Below are positions 37,853 through 52,700 of a stretch of DNA of 64,000 bases, piece after piece (position 1 is the stretch's first letter; each line of letters opens with the position of its first letter). This stretch comes from Camelus ferus (lineage: Eukaryota): NCBI RefSeq assembly GCF_009834535.1, contig NC_045697.1, positions 85,748,001 to 85,812,000 on the forward strand, in the 5' to 3' direction. Below the pieces are notes generated by a model. It searched no databases. It saw only the letters and a list, made by a program, of their open reading frames with translations, and was not told where the DNA came from. The position numbers and the translations under genes are program-made.

Positions 37853-40800
37853 CTTTTTTTAAATTTCCTTCCCCTATATCACCCCCCTCCCCTGCCTTAA
37901 CTGTTTCCACTGGTAACCACTAGTTTGTTCTGAGTCTGCTTCTTTTGTGTCTTATTCACTAGTTTTATTTTTCAGATTTCACATATAATTGATATCATAC
38001 AGTGTTTGTCTTTCTCTGAGCATAATTTCACTTAGCATATTGCCCTCCAAGTCCATCCATGTTGCTGCAAATGACAAAATTCCATTTATTTGTATGGCTG
38101 AGTAGTATTCCATTATATTTATATACCACATCTTCTTTATCCATTCATCTGTTGATGAACACTTAGATTGCTTTCATACCTTGGCAACTGTAAATATGCT
38201 ATGAACATTGGATGCAAGTATCTTTTCAAATTAGTGTTTTCATTTTTTTCAGATATATACTCAGGAGTGAAATTGTTGGGTCATATGGTAGTTCTATTTT
38301 TAGGTTTTTGAGAAAGCTTCATACTGTTTTCCACAGTGGCTGCACCAAATTACATTCCCACCAGAAGCGTAGGAGGGCTCCACAACATTGCCAACATTTG
38401 TTATTTGTGTTCTTTTTGATGATAGCCCTTCTGACAAGTATGTGGTGATATTGTGTTGTGGTTTTGATTTGCATTTCCCTTATGATTAGCGATATTGAGC
38501 ATCTTTTCATGTGCTTGTTGGCTATCTGCATTCTTCTTTGGAAAACTGTCTATTCAGATCTTCTGCCCATTTTTTAATCAGGTTTTTTTTTTTTTGATGT
38601 TGGGTCATAGGAGCTCTTTATATGTACAGAATATTAACCCCTTATTCATTGTATCATTTGCAAATATCTTCTCCCATTCAGTAGGTTGTGTTATCATTTT
38701 GTTGATGGTTTTCTTTGCTGTGCAAAAGCTTTTAAGTTTAATTAGATCCCATTTGTTTATTTTTGCTTTTGAATTCTTTGTTTTAGGAGACAGAGCCAAA
38801 AAAATATTGCTGTGATAAATGTCAAAGAGTGTTCTGCATGGTTTCTCTAGGAGGTTTATAGTGTCAGCTCTTACATTTAGGCCTTGAATTTATTTTGAGT
38901 TTATTTTTGCATATGATGTTACAGAATGTTCTAATTTCATTCTTTTACAAATAGCTGTCCAGTTTTCCTAGCACCACTTATTGAAGAGACTATCTTTTCT
39001 CCTTTGAATATTCTTGCCTACTTTGTTGTACATTAATGGACCATAAGTACATGGGTTTATTTGTAGTCTTTCTATCCTGTTCCATTGATCTGTGTGTCTG
39101 TTTTTCTGCCAGTACCTTAATTTACCTTACACAGTGCCTATTTCCTTAATTTCTCTTTCTGATAGTTTGTTGTTAGTGTATAGAAGTATTTTGACTACTG
39201 TAGCTTTTTAGTATATTCTGAAGTCAGGGGACATGATTCCTCCAGCTCTGTTCTTTTTTCTCAAGATGATTTTGGCTATTCAGGGTCTTTTGTGTTTCCA
39301 TGCAAATTCTAAAATTATTGGTTCTGGTTCTCTGAAAAATGCCCTTGGTATTTTGAGAGGGATTATATTGAATCTGTAGATTGCCTTGGGTAGTATAATC
39401 ATTTTAACAATATTCTTCCAGTCCATGAACATGGTATATCTTTCCATCTGTTTGTGTTGTCTTCAATTTATTTCATCATTGTCTTATAGTTTTAAGAATA
39501 CAAGTCTTTTATAGCCTTATGTAGGTTTATTCCTAGGTATTTTATTCTTTTTGATGTGATTATAAATGGGATTGTTTCCTTAATTTCTCTTTCTGATAGT
39601 TTGTTGTTAGTGTATAGAAATGCAACAGATTTCTGGTTATTAATTTTGTATCCTGCAATTTTACCAAATTGATTGGTGAGCTCTAGTAGTTCTTTGGTGG
39701 TGTCTTTAGAATTTTCTATGTATGTAGTATCAACTACAGTTACACTTGTATTTCTTCCTTTCTGATTTGGATTCTTTTTATTTCTTTTTCTTGTCTGATT
39801 GCTGTGGCTAGGACTTGCAAAACTATGTTGAATAAAATTGTGTGAGTAGGCATCCTTATTCCTGATTTTAGAGGAAATGCTTTCAGTTTTTCATCATTGA
39901 GTATAATGTTAGCTGTGGGCTTAATATATATGGCCTTTATTATGTTGAGGTATGTTCCTATGCTCACTTTCTGGAGAGTGTTCTTTATCATATCTTTATC
40001 AAATAGATGTTGAATTTCATCAGAAGCTTTTTTTTCACCTATTGAGATGACCATATGGTTTTTATTCTTCAATATGTTAATATGGTATATCATATTGATT
40101 TGCAGATATTGAAAATTCCTTGCATTGCTTGATCATGGTGCATGATCCTTTTAATGTATTGTTGGAATCAGTTTGCTAGTATTTTGCTGAGGATTTTTAC
40201 ACTTATGTTCATCAGTGATATTGGTCTGTAATTTTCCGTTTTTGTGATATCTTTTCTGGATGGTGGCCTCATTGAATGAGTTCAGAAGTGTTCCTTCCTC
40301 TGCAATTATTTTGAATAGTTTCAGAAGGATAGATGTTAACTGTTATCTAATGTTTGGTAGAACTCACCTGTGAAGCCATCTGGTCCTGGACTTTTTATTT
40401 GTTGGGAATTTTATTCAATTTCAGTACTGATAATTGGCCTGTTCATATTACTTATTTCTTCCTGGTTCAGTCTTGGGAGGTTGTACCTTTGTAAGAATTT
40501 ATCCATTTCTTCTAGGTTGTCCATTTTATTGGCATATAGTTGTTTGTAGTAGTCTCTTATGATCCTTTGTATTTCTGTGATATCAGATGTAACTTCTCTT
40601 TTTTCATTTCTGATTTTATTGATTTGGGCCTTCTCCCTTTTTTCTTGATGAGTCTGGCTAAAGGTTTATCAATTTTGTTTATCTTTTCAAAGAACTAGTT
40701 TATAGTTTCATTGATCTTTTGTATTGTTTTTAAAGTCTCTGTTTCATTTATTTCTGCTCTGATCTTTATGATTTCTTTCCTTCTGCTAATTTTGGGTTTT

Positions 40801-43800
40801 GTTTGTTCTTTGTCTCTGTTTGTTTTAGGTGTAAGTTTAGGTTGTTTGAGATTTTCCTTGTTTCTTGAGGTAAGCTTGTATCATTATAAACACCCCTCTT
40901 AGAACTGCCTTTGTTGTGACCTATAGGTTTTGGATTGTCATGTTTTCATTTTCATTCATTCTTAAGTATTTTTTTATTTCTTCTTTGATTTCTTTAGTGA
41001 TCCATTGTTTGTTTAGGAGCATATTGTTTATAGTCTTCACATTTTCATGCTTTTTGCCATTTTTTTCTTGTAGTTGATTTCTAGCCTCATAGTAGTGTGA
41101 TTGGGAGAAGGTAGTTGATATGATTTCAATTGTCTTAAATTTACAGAGGCTTGCTTTGTGGCCAGCATGTGATTTACCCTGGAGAATGTTCCATGTGCAC
41201 TTGAAAGAACATGTATCCATCTGCTTTTGGTTGGAAGGGTCTATATATATCTATTAAGTTCAAATGTGTTAATTAAAGCCTGTGTTTCCTTACTGATTTT
41301 CTGTCTGGGTAATCTGTCCATTTATGTAAGTGGGGTGTTAAAGTTTCCTATTGTGTTTCTGTTGGTTTCCCCTTTTATGTTCATTAGTATTTGCTTTATA
41401 TATATAATATATATAAAAAGCATACATATATATGTATATATATATATACATATACATACACACAGTTGCTCCTATATTTAATGCATATATGTTACAAGTG
41501 TTATATCTTCTTGGATTGATTCCTTGATCATTATGTAGTGTCCTTCTTTGTTTCTTGTAACAGTCTTTATTTTAAAGTCTATTTTTTCTAAGTATTACCA
41601 TTCCGGCTTTCTTTTAACTTCCATTACCTTTTTCCATGCCCACATTTTCAGTCTGTGTCTCTAGATCTGAGATGGGGTTTCTTTTAGGCAGCATATATAT
41701 GGGTCTTATCTCTGTATCCATTCATCTACTCTGTGTCTTTTGGTTGGAGCATTTATTCCATTTACATTTAAGGTAATTACTGATATGTATGTTCTTATTG
41801 TCATTTTGGTAATTGTTTTGGAATTGTTCTTATAGGTCTTTTTTTCCTTCTTTTGTGATTTGATGACTATCTTTTGTGTTATGTTTGGATTCCGTTTTCT
41901 TCTATATGTGTATATCTGTTTTAGATTTTTGGTTGTGGTTAATATGAGGTTTTTGTATAGCAGTCCATATATAAATGTGATTGTTTTAAGTTGCTGATCT
42001 CCTAATTTCAAATGCATTTTTAAAAACCTGCATTTGTACTCTCCTCACCTCATGATTACTGTTTTTGATATCATATTTTACATCTTTTTGTGTGTGTATC
42101 CCTTATCTCCTTGTTGTGGATACAGATGATTTAACTACTTTTGTTTTTTAACCTCCCTGATAGTTTTCTGTGTTGATCATTTTCTACCTTTACCCTATGT
42201 TTGCCTTTACCAATGAGCTTTTTCATTTCTAGTTGTGGTCTTTTCTTTTTTCACCTAGAAAAGTTTCTTTAACATTTGTTATAAAGCAGTTTTGATGGTG
42301 CTGAACTCCTTTAGCTTTTGCTTATCTGTAAATCTTCTGATCTCCATCAGATCTGAACAAGATTCTTGCTGGTAGAGTATTCTTGGTTGTAGGTTTTCCC
42401 TTTCATCACTTTGAATGTATTGTGCTACTCCTTTCTAGCCTGCAGAGTTTCTGTAGAAAAATCATCTGATAACCTTATGGGAGTTCCCTTGTATGTTATT
42501 TGTTTCTTTTTCTTCACTGCTTTTTAATATTCTCTCTTTATATTTAATTTTTGTCATTTTAATTACTATGGGTCTTGCTGTATTCCTCTTTGGGTTTTCG
42601 TGTATGGGACTCTGTGCTTCTTGGACTTGGGTGATTATTTCCTTTTGCAAGTTAGGGAATTTTTCAGCTGTTAGGTTTTCAAATATGTTCTCAGCCCCTT
42701 TCTCTGTCTTCTTCTGGAACCCCTAATTCACAAAATCACTAATGTGAATATTATTGTGCTTGTTGTCTCAGAGGTCTCTTAAACTACCTTCATTTCTCTT
42801 CATTCTTTTATCTTTTTTCTGCTCAGAATCAGTGACTTACATACTCTGTCTTCCAGCTTGCTGATCCATTCTGCTGTATCATTTAGTCTACTGTTGATTC
42901 CTTCTAGTGTATCTTTCACTTCACTTATTATATTCTTTATCTCTGGTTTGTTCTTTATATTTTCTAACTCTTTGTTGAAAAGTTCTAACTTCTTGTTTTG
43001 TGTTGGAATTGTGTTGGATATTCTTCTCATGAATTCTTTCACCATGTTTACAATAATTACTTTGAATTCTTTCTTAGGTAGATTGCCTATCTCCAGTTCA
43101 CTTAGTTCTTCAGGGGTTTTATCATATTTCTTTATCTGGAACATGTTCCTCTTCTGCCTCATTTTGTCTAAGTTGCTATTGGTATTTTTATGTATGTAGT
43201 AGGTTAGTCATATTTGTCGACCTTGCAGACTTCTGTAGGAAAAGTCTTATGTTTCCCTGCAGCACCCTCCCTCTCATCACCCAAGCTATATACTCTAAGG
43301 ATTCCCCTAAAGAGGGCTGCATGGGTTCTTCTCTCATGGCAAGCTGACTATGTGGGCAGGCTGGAAGGCTTGGTTGGCCCTTAGCCCAGTTGGTTTGGTT
43401 TGTGGAGATGCTTCTGACTGCTGGTTAGTGGGGTCTGGTCATGAGGCTATTGACTGCAGAATCTCAAGAAGCCCTGGGGCTAGTGCTGGCTCTCTGGTGG
43501 GCAGACTCAGGATCCAGAAGATCCTGGGGCTGTTCTCTTCTCACTGGTGAGTGAAGAATGTCCTGAGTTTAGTTCTGGACTACTGTCTTGCATAGCCAGG
43601 TCCTGGAATCTGGCTGCAGAGCCCAGGGATTTCAGAACTAATTTCCTATTGTTGGTTGTGGGGGTGGGATCCTGACACATTTGGATATGGGATCTGGGTT
43701 GACTCAAAGCTTGTGTTGGCTTGCTAGTAGGAAGAGCCGGGGCCCGGCTGGTCCCAGAGTAGGGTCTGCCCTGCTATAGGCAGGCTGGGTTCACATGCCG

Positions 43801-44695
43801 CAGGATTGCAGTTTTCTTGCTTCTGGTGTCCACCCCTGTTGGGTGAGGCTGGTTTAGAGGCTAGTGCTGTCTTCCTGAAGGGCAGAGCCACTGCCTGCCC
43901 AGTGGTGGGCAGACCTGGGTCTTGACCCTTTGGTAGGCAGTGCCATGTGTAGAAGTGTTTCTAGAGGAGGCTGTGAGCTCAAGAAGTCTTTAGGCTGAAG
44001 AAGTCTGCAGTTGGGTGGGGCTGTGTTACCACCCAGCACTGGTGCCTACAGACTGTTGGGTAGGGCCAAGTCTTTGTACTAACGAGCCAAGATGGTAGCC
44101 ACCAGTTGCAGTGTTCACATGGTTGAGCAGGCTCCCAAATATGGCTGCCACCAGTGTCTGTGTCCCCAGGATGAGTTGCAGCTACCCCACCCCACCTCTC
44201 CAGGAGACTCTCCAAGACCAGCAGATAAGTCTGGCCCAGACTCCTTTCAGATTACTTCTTTTTCCCTGGGTCCCAGTGTATATGAGATTTTTTGTGTGCC
44301 CTTTAAGAGTGAAATCTCTATTCCCCAGTCTGTTGGGACACCCAAAATTAAGTCCCACTGGCCTTCAAAGCCAAATGCTCTGGGACTTCTCTTCCCTATT
44401 CAGGACCCTCGGGCTGCGGAGCTTAATGTGGGGCTCAGAACTCTCACTCCTGTGGGATAACCTCTGCATCATAATTATTTTCCAGTCTGTGGATCACCCA
44501 CCTGAGGGTAAGGGACTTGATTATGTCATGGATCCACCCCTCCTACTTGTCTCCTTGTGGTTCCTTCTTTATATCTTTAGTTGTAGAAGATCTTTTCTTA
44601 TAAGCTCCAGTCTTTCTCCAGATGGTTGTTATTTTGGTGTGCTTGTGAGAGGTGAGCTCAGGGTCTTTCTACTCCACCATCTTTGCCTCTGGTCT
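37853..44695 (-). mobile_element. Near full-length degenerate L1 (~6.8 kb)
   Basis: ORF2 and ORF1 fragments throughout the ORF track; GC-rich 5'UTR at 43.2-44.7 kb; 5' terminus tctactccaccatctt. Confidence 0.92.
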
Positions 44696-44723
44696 GAATA
44701 TATTTTTTTTTAATCTTTTAGCT

Positions 44724-44947
44724 CAAGAGTCAGCAAACTATGGCCCTTGAGATACACCCAACCACCACCTGTCTTTATTAAATAAATATTTATAGGAACA
44801 CAGCCACATGCACTTGTTTAAGTAGTATCTATGGATGCTTTCACTCTACAGTGGCAGGATTGATTAGTTGCAGCAAGGACCATGTGGCCCACAAAGTTTA
44901 CAATATTTACTCTCTGCTTCTCTATAGAAAATGTTTGCCTGCACCTA
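44724..44947. mobile_element. MER58A-like hAT-Charlie MITE
   Basis: gtcagcaaactatggccc...ggaacacagccac...aatatttactctctg...gaaaatgtttgcc. Confidence 0.8.
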
Positions 44948-47900
44948 TTCTAGATGACTTAGTATGAATACAAGTCAGTCTTCCACATCTAAAATCTTCA
45001 TAATAATTTTATGTCATTTCTGCATTTCATTTTGTATGACCTTCCCAAACCTGTCTTTATAAACCTGAATTTCATGTTACCTTTAATGTGAGATACATTT
45101 TAATAAATTTTTTTCTGTTTTTCTTTCCTTGATTTTGAGAAGCTCATCCTTCATTTTCTTCTGGTGTTTTATAATCTTCATTTTGTACCCTTATAATTAT
45201 AATTATTCCTTGAACTATTATTTACTATGAATTCATGCTTTCTGTAATTTGATTGAGAAGTTGAGTCCAAAAGTACTAAAAGTACTAAAGGAGTATGTGA
45301 ACACTTCTGCTTTTTTGGGTTATTATTTGTGTAATATGTATGTGTGTATATTCTTTATCTGCATTTCATTTATGTTCTCCCCACCCAAGAGGATTTTTCA
45401 ATGTCCATGCCTAAGTCTCATTTTTGTGTGTATGTTTCACTGATACTTGGGAGTAATTGGCTAGGTGCTAAAAATTCTATATAGGCAGCAATAGAATTGG
45501 GTAGCTGGCAGCCACAGCACAAGTCTACTGTCTTTAGCTCCCTTTCATCAAAACATGTGCTCTAAAGACAAGTGTTTCCACAGTTTGTAGTTTAAAATTT
45601 CCTGAAGTATATAGCAAAGTCTTGAGTTCCTAGGGTTTCTGTGTTACTTCTATTACTCTCTGTCTTCTTTACCTCAACATTCTCTACCTAGCAAGCTGCA
45701 TCATAAATAATAGAAAAGACATATCCAAGTTCTACTTCAGAAACATATCCTCCACTGTTACCCATCACTAGAATTTCTGCTTTCTTCATATAGTATACTA
45801 AGTGATACTTTTAAATTTAAACATGCCCTCCTAAAACCCCTAGATGGTTCCTTAATGCTCCCATTAAGAGAATGTGATCTTCAATAAACAAGCCAGAAAA
45901 AATTCAAAGGCAAAATATAAATATTGTTTTTTAAAATAAGACAATTGCTATCAAGACATTCCTGGTGATATTAAATTTGAAGGGTAAAGAAAGACTGGTA
46001 TGGCCATCCAGACAAAACAGGAAGTCAAGTGCAGGTCAGGTGGGAATTGCCTCAGTTTTCTCCATTGCAGAGGATGGCAGTGCAATAGTGACAGAGTTTT
46101 AAGGAACTCTGTACTTTAATCCAGCCAAGTTGTCCTTCCAAGTTGCCTTTGGCATTCTTAAGCAATCAAGAATTGTAGACAAAATCCAGCCAAACAAGAG
46201 ATAAGTAGAGATCAGAAATCAAGAAATTACAGTAAAGAACTGATGGTAAACATTTGATTGACTCATATATAGAATTAAAATTACTCAAAGGAGACAATTG
46301 TGGAGACAATAGAATGTAAATGTTACAAACTTTGATAGTGTAAAGATAGAACTTAGAAGTATAAATGTACTAATTTCTTCAACTTTTATAAGAAAATCAA
46401 CAAGTACAAACTAAAGTTGAATAATGTAGTTTAAAAAAGTAATCAAGGCTCTGAGTTTTCTGTTAATCATTTTTCCTTAATAAGAAAATATCTTAGTTTC
46501 TGACATAAGTGATTATGGTTACTATCCAAAGTTTATCAGTTCCTTGAGATTTATTTTTTCTATTAAATGCAAGTAAATTAAAATTTAATACTTTCTAGGG
46601 GAAATAACTTATGAATTATGCATTTTTTCTTGAATTAACTACTGTGTGTATGTGTTCATATAAGTCCCCTCTTGGGTGTGTACAATGATGGTCAGTGAGT
46701 TTTATAATGGGTATATTAAGTTGGTTAGGTTTGGAATTTATTATTTTACTTTTATCCTCATACTTTTCTGTATTGCCTGTTTCTAACCTCCTTTTTTCTG
46801 TAGTTTGTTTGTAAAATCATTTTTATAAAATAATAATCATGATTGTAAAAAGGAGGAAGAGCAGCAGCAGAGAAGAAATGGAATGATATACATTGAACAC
46901 ATGTATAAGTAGGTTAAAGTATTATTTATTGTAGCACTATTAAAAGTGTTCAAAAATGCAGAAAATTCTTAACCTCAAAATTAGATGTTTAAAGTAAGTT
47001 ATTTCTTTAAAGTCCTGCAGTTAATTTCACTATAATTTCAAATGTTAATGTCTAACATGTAAACAGCTTAACATACCTCCCTTACTACCTCTATTCCTCA
47101 CTCCCATTTATTTCTCTCACTATCAGTTGACCCTCTGGCCTCCCTTGCATAGAAAATTTTCTCACCCACGTGATTGTAACTTATTATTAAATCCAGGGAA
47201 TACCTTTAGTTTATTATCTTAATTCATTTACTTCTTGACAGGATTTTATACTTCTGCTAAAGCTTATTTCTAATACTCATGTCTTCATATAAGCCTATGA
47301 GTTTGCCCTTATTTATCAATCTAGCAACTCTAAGAAAGATTATTAAGAAAATATAATGACAAATGAATCTCTAATATACATTTCTGAGTAAGAGACTTAG
47401 TCAGAAAATGTTTACTTGTTTGTTTCTAGAAGTCCCAAATATCTATTTAATATATATTCCTAGAATTATAACATGATGTACATTAAATTAATCTGCAACA
47501 TTCTTTTTCTTTGCCCTTTTATAAACTTAGAAGAAATATGACCCATTTCCTATCATTTTTCATATTTATTTTCATGAATTCTAAAGGGTTTTACCCTAGG
47601 ACAATGAGATTATATTTAGCAGAATCATCAATCCAAGTATTCAAGTCCCTACTAAGACTGAGGAAAACTAGAAGAGTGTTTAGAAAAGTTTCAAATTAAT
47701 TCCACACATTTGAGAGATTTGTATGCCAACTAGAGGGTATTATGTGTACATTAAGCTGTACAAAATCCATCTTATTTTTGCTGGCTGTAATTTCCTTCTT
47801 ATACATGTTTTCTGCCTTTGTGAATTTGAAGTTTTTTGGTTTTCAAAAAAAGGTAATATCTCACTCACTGAGCACTGGGAAAAACTACTTCATATTTCAG

Positions 47901-48064
47901 AGCTGTTTGAAATTATATTGAGTTTCTATGTTATTAACAGACCATGTGAGTTAGGCTTGGAGACAGAAAACCTGGATTTCTGTTCTGCCCTGAAAGGTAT
48001 AGCAAGGTGATGTTGGACAGTTCTTAACAGTGCCTCATCTACAGAATTCATTCCTTCACTTGGT

Positions 48065-48500
48065 CAGTGTGTCAGTGCTTAGTGCAGCAATGAGAAATCC
48101 CAGGAGGTATTTTAAGCAGAAAGAGATTTAATAATGGAAATTAGGTGCTTACAAAAAATTGAGGCTGCCACTAGAATGTTTGAGTTAAAAAGAGCATTAC
48201 TAAACTGCGATTCAGTGATACAAAATAAGTGGGAAACCATGGCTGCTCCAAGAGCAGCTGTCTCTTGACAACCACAAAGCTGCTATATGAGTATTCTAAT
48301 ACTACAGCAGAAAAATCCTGCATCCCATTACTGTGCTTGCCAGCAGAGAACAGACAAATAAAAAGCAGCAAGAAGATGGCATCTGCCTCCCAAATCACAC
48401 TTAAGTGCATTTTAAAGAGTGTAAGTGTGGGTTCTAGCTTTCCAACTCCTGTAGTAAATGAAGCCACACTAGAAGCTCATGAAAATAGATGCTGAGTTAT
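48065..48500 (-). mobile_element. Old MLT1-type LTR fragment
   Basis: ggtattttaagcagaaagagatttaata..gaaattaggtgcttacaaaa motif. Confidence 0.45.
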
Positions 48501-48927
48501 CAGTGAATATTTTCAAAAGAGTCAGGTAAGTTGCTGCAGAGCCCTCACTCCAATTGTTTATTTAGAGAAAGCTGAGGAGTCAAGTAGTTGGTCCTCAAAG
48601 CATCTTGAGAACAAAAAATAAACACAACTTAGCAACCTCAGCCTGTTCAGGGAGCAACCTCAGAAAACAATGTATTTGGGAAGTCAGTAGTGGTGACAAA
48701 TACCAGTGCTTTTATGCCCACCAAACAATTATTCTTGACTCCTCCTCATCTCCAAGGGCACCTAATTTTGGCTATAACTTAAAGAAATTCCCATGGTAGT
48801 ATTATGCAAATATATCTTCAGCAAGTTATTTTTTGTTAGCAATAACAACATGCAAAATAGGCTTTAACTCTGGTTCTCTGTCTTGCTTTCGCTCTTTCTT
48901 TACTCCATCATCCCTGACTTGCCTCAC

Positions 48928-49016
48928 CTGGTCAGCTCTACTGCTTATTACAATGTTTACTTCAATGAGAGCGTTAGGACTACTGTTATGTAGGAGACCA
49001 TCTGTGAACATTGGCA
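48928..49016 (-). pseudogene. Exon relic (89 nt, phase 1-0), ZP-C start (module a)
   Basis: Acceptor tattatttccttag|, donor CAG|gtgagg; open frame (V)PMFTDGLLHNSSPNALIEVNIVISSRADQ. Confidence 0.65.
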
Positions 49017-49281
49017 CTAAGGAAATAATACGAGGGTAATTTGGGAAGAAATAATAAGAAGCCCTTAAGAAAGCCAGCCCCCTTAATCTCCTCTGGGATC
49101 ATGATGTATCATTAACTTGCCTTTGCACACAATGCAGCTCAATAAACCCAAGTTTGTTATTAAACCCACAGTGCTAAACCTGTAGAACACATCTGTAGAA
49201 TAAGCAGCAACAGCTGGTGCTTCCTTGCATCAGCTATCCTACCTTATAGTGAGCACAACTTTCCATATTGTGTGGCTTTTT

Positions 49282-49353
49282 TTTTCTTTTTTTTTTTTTT
49301 TAACATTTTTTATTGATTTATAATCATTTTACAATGTTTTGTCAGATTCCAGC
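49282..49353 (-). mobile_element. Very short young L1 3'-end insertion
   Basis: Poly-T then aacattttttattgatttataatcattttacaatg; TSD ttgtgtggcttttt at 49268-49281 and 49354-49367. Confidence 0.8.
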
Positions 49354-49754
49354 TTGTGTGGCTTTTTATAAATACTTAATTCTTATCTCTTTCTATTCAT
49401 TGAGCCTATGTGTAGATGGCATATTTCTCCATGTTGTTTTGGCAGATTTTACATATGCTTTTGAAGTGCATGGACCCCTCAAAATGGAGAGTCTATTTTT
49501 GAAATAGTTGTTGCATTTCCTTATAAATTAATGTTATCTAGGGTCACAATTAGAGTTTACTTTGGGGAGCTGTGAAATAGCTATGACTGTTGTCATTTTT
49601 TTTTTCAATACTGAACTACAAACTTCATTTTAAATTTTCTGAAGATTAAGTGGGGCTGTTTTGATACTGGAATTGTATTTTTTTTTCTTTTAACTATTTC
49701 CATTTCACTGGAGTGAATTATTTTATAAGCAATAATATAGCATAAGCTTTTAAA

Positions 49755-52700
49755 AATATTTGTATTGAAGTATAGTCAGCTTACAATGTGTCAATTTCTG
49801 GTGTATAGCACAATGCTTCAGTCATACATGAACATACATATATTTGTTATCATATTCTTTTTCACCATAAGTTGTTATAAGATATTCAACTCCTATGCTA
49901 TGGAGTATAAACTTGTTGTTTATCTATTTTATAAATAGTAGTTAGTATCTGCAAATCTCAAACTTCCAATTTATCCTTCTGACCCCCTCACCACCAGGTA
50001 ACTGTTTGTTTTCTATGTCTGTGAGTCTGTTTCTGTATTGTAGATAGGGTTCTTTTTTTTATATTCCACATGTAAGTGATATATGATATTTTTCTTTCTC
50101 TTTCTAGCTTATTTCACTTAGAATGATATTCTCCAGGTCCATCCATGTTGCTGCAAATGGCATTATTTTATTATTTTTATGGCTGAGTAGTATTCCATTG
50201 TGTCAACATACCACAGCTTCTTCAGCCAAACATCTGTTGCTGGGCATTTAGGTTGTTTCCATGTCATGACTATTGTAAATAGTGCTACTATGAACATTGG
50301 GGTGCTTGTATCCTTTCGAATTAAGGTTCCTCTGGATATATGCCCAGGAGCAGGATTGCTGGATCATATGGTAAGTCTATTTTTCAGTCTTTTGTGGAAT
50401 CTTCAAACTGCATTCCATAATGGCTTCACCAAACTACATTCCCACCAACAGTGTAGGAGGGTTCCCTTTTCTCCACAGCCTCTCCAGCATTTGTCATTTG
50501 TGGACTTTTGAATGATGGCCATTCTGACTAGTGTGAGGTGATACTTTACTGTCATTTTGATTTGCAGTTCTCTGGTAATTAGTGATATTGAGCATTTTTT
50601 CATGTGCCTATTTGCCATTTGTATGCCTTCATTTAAGAATTGCTTGTTTAGGTCTTCTGCCCATTTTTGGATTGAGTTGTTTGGCTTTTTTCTTACTAAG
50701 TTGTATGTGCTGTTTATATATTCTGGAAATTAAGCCATGTCAGTCTCATCTTTTGCAAATATTTTCTCCCATTCCGTAGGTTGTCGTTTTGTTTTGCTTA
50801 TGGTTTCCCATGCTGTGCAAAAGCTGATAAGTTTAATTAGGTCCCATTTGTTTATTTTTGCTTTTATTTCTGTTGCTTGGGTAGACTGCCCTAGGAGAAC
50901 ATTGCTGAGGTTTATGTCAGATAATGTTTTGCCTATTTTCTTCTAAGAGGTTTGTAGTGTCTTGTCTTATGTTTAAGTCTTTGATCCATTTTGAGTTTAT
51001 TTTTGTGTATGATGTGAGAGTGTTCTAACTTCATTGATTTACATGCAGCTGTCCAGTTTTCCCACAACCATTTGCTGAAGAGACTGTCTTTACTCCATTG
51101 TATGTTCTTGCCTCCTTTGTCAAATATTAATTGACCAAAAATCTGTGGGTTTATTTCTGGGCTCTCTATTCTGTTCCATTGATACATATGTCTGTTTTTG
51201 TACCAGTACCATAGTGCTTTGATTACTGTAGCTCTGTAGTATTGTCTGATATCTGGGAGGATTATTCATCCAGCTTTGTTCTCTTTCTTCAGTATTGCTT
51301 TGGAAATTCTGGATCTTTTGTGATTCCATATAAATTTTAGGATTATTTGTTCTAATTCTGTGAAAAATGTCCTGGATAATTTGATAGGGATCACATTAAA
51401 TCTGTAGATTGCTTTGGGTAGTATGGCCATTTTAACAATATTAATTCTTCCAACCCAAGAACATGGATATCTTTCCATTTCTTTAAGTAATTTTTAATTT
51501 CCCTAGTCAATGTCTTGTAGTTCTCCGCATATAGGTCTTTCACTTCCTTAGTCAGATTTATTCCTAAATGTTTTACTTTTTTTTGGATGCAATTTTAAAA
51601 GGTATTGTTTCTTTACTTTCCTTTTCTGATATTTCATTGTTAGTGTAAAGAAATACCACTGATTTCTGTATGTTAATTTTGTATCCTGCTACCTTGCCAA
51701 ATTCTTTTATTAACTCCAGTAGTTTTTATGTGGAGCCTTTAGGGTTTTCTATATATAGTATCATGTCATCTGCATATAATGACAGTTTTACCTCTTCTCT
51801 TCCAATTTGGATCCCTTTTATTTGTCTTCCTTGTCTAATTGCTATAGGTAGGACTTCCAATACTATATTGAATAGAAGTTATGAAAGTGAACATCCTTGT
51901 CTTGTTCCAGATTTTTAGTGGGAAGGCTTTCAACTTTCCACCATTGTGTATTATGGTGGTTGTAAGTTTGTCATAAATAGCTTTTATTATGTTGAGATAT
52001 GTTCCCTCTATACCTGCTTTGGTTAGAGTTTTTATCATAAATGGGTGTTGAATTTTATCTGCATCTATTGAGATGATCATGTAATTTTTGCCCTTTCTCT
52101 TGTTGATGTGGTGTATCACGTTGATTGATTTGCATATGTTGAACCATCCTTGTGTCCCTGTGATAAAACCAACTTGATCATGATATATGATCTCTTATGT
52201 GTTGTTGGATTCTGTTTGCTAATATTTTGTTGAGGATTTTTGCATCTATGTTTATCAATGATATTGGCCTATAGCTTTCTTTTTTGGTAATGTCTTTGTC
52301 TGGCTTTAGTATCAGGATGATGGTGGCTTCATAGAATAAGTGTGGGAGTGTTCCCTCCTCTTCAGTCTTTTGGAAGAGTTTGAGAAAAATTGATATTAGC
52401 TCTTGTTTGTATGAGTGATAGAATTTGCCAGTGAAGCATCTGGTCCTGGACTTTGTTTGCAAGGAAGTTTTTTTGTTAGTTTGTCTTGCTGATTCTATTT
52501 CACTTCTAGTGATTGGTCTCTTCAAATGATGTATTTCTTCTTGATTCAGTTTTGGTGGACTGTATGTTTCTAGAAACTTATCCATTTCTTCTAAGTTTTC
52601 CCGTTTATTACCATATAGTTGTTCATAGTATTCTCATGATTTTTTGTATTTCTGTGGTGTTGGTTGTAATCTCTCCATTTTCATTTATTTTGTTGATTTG

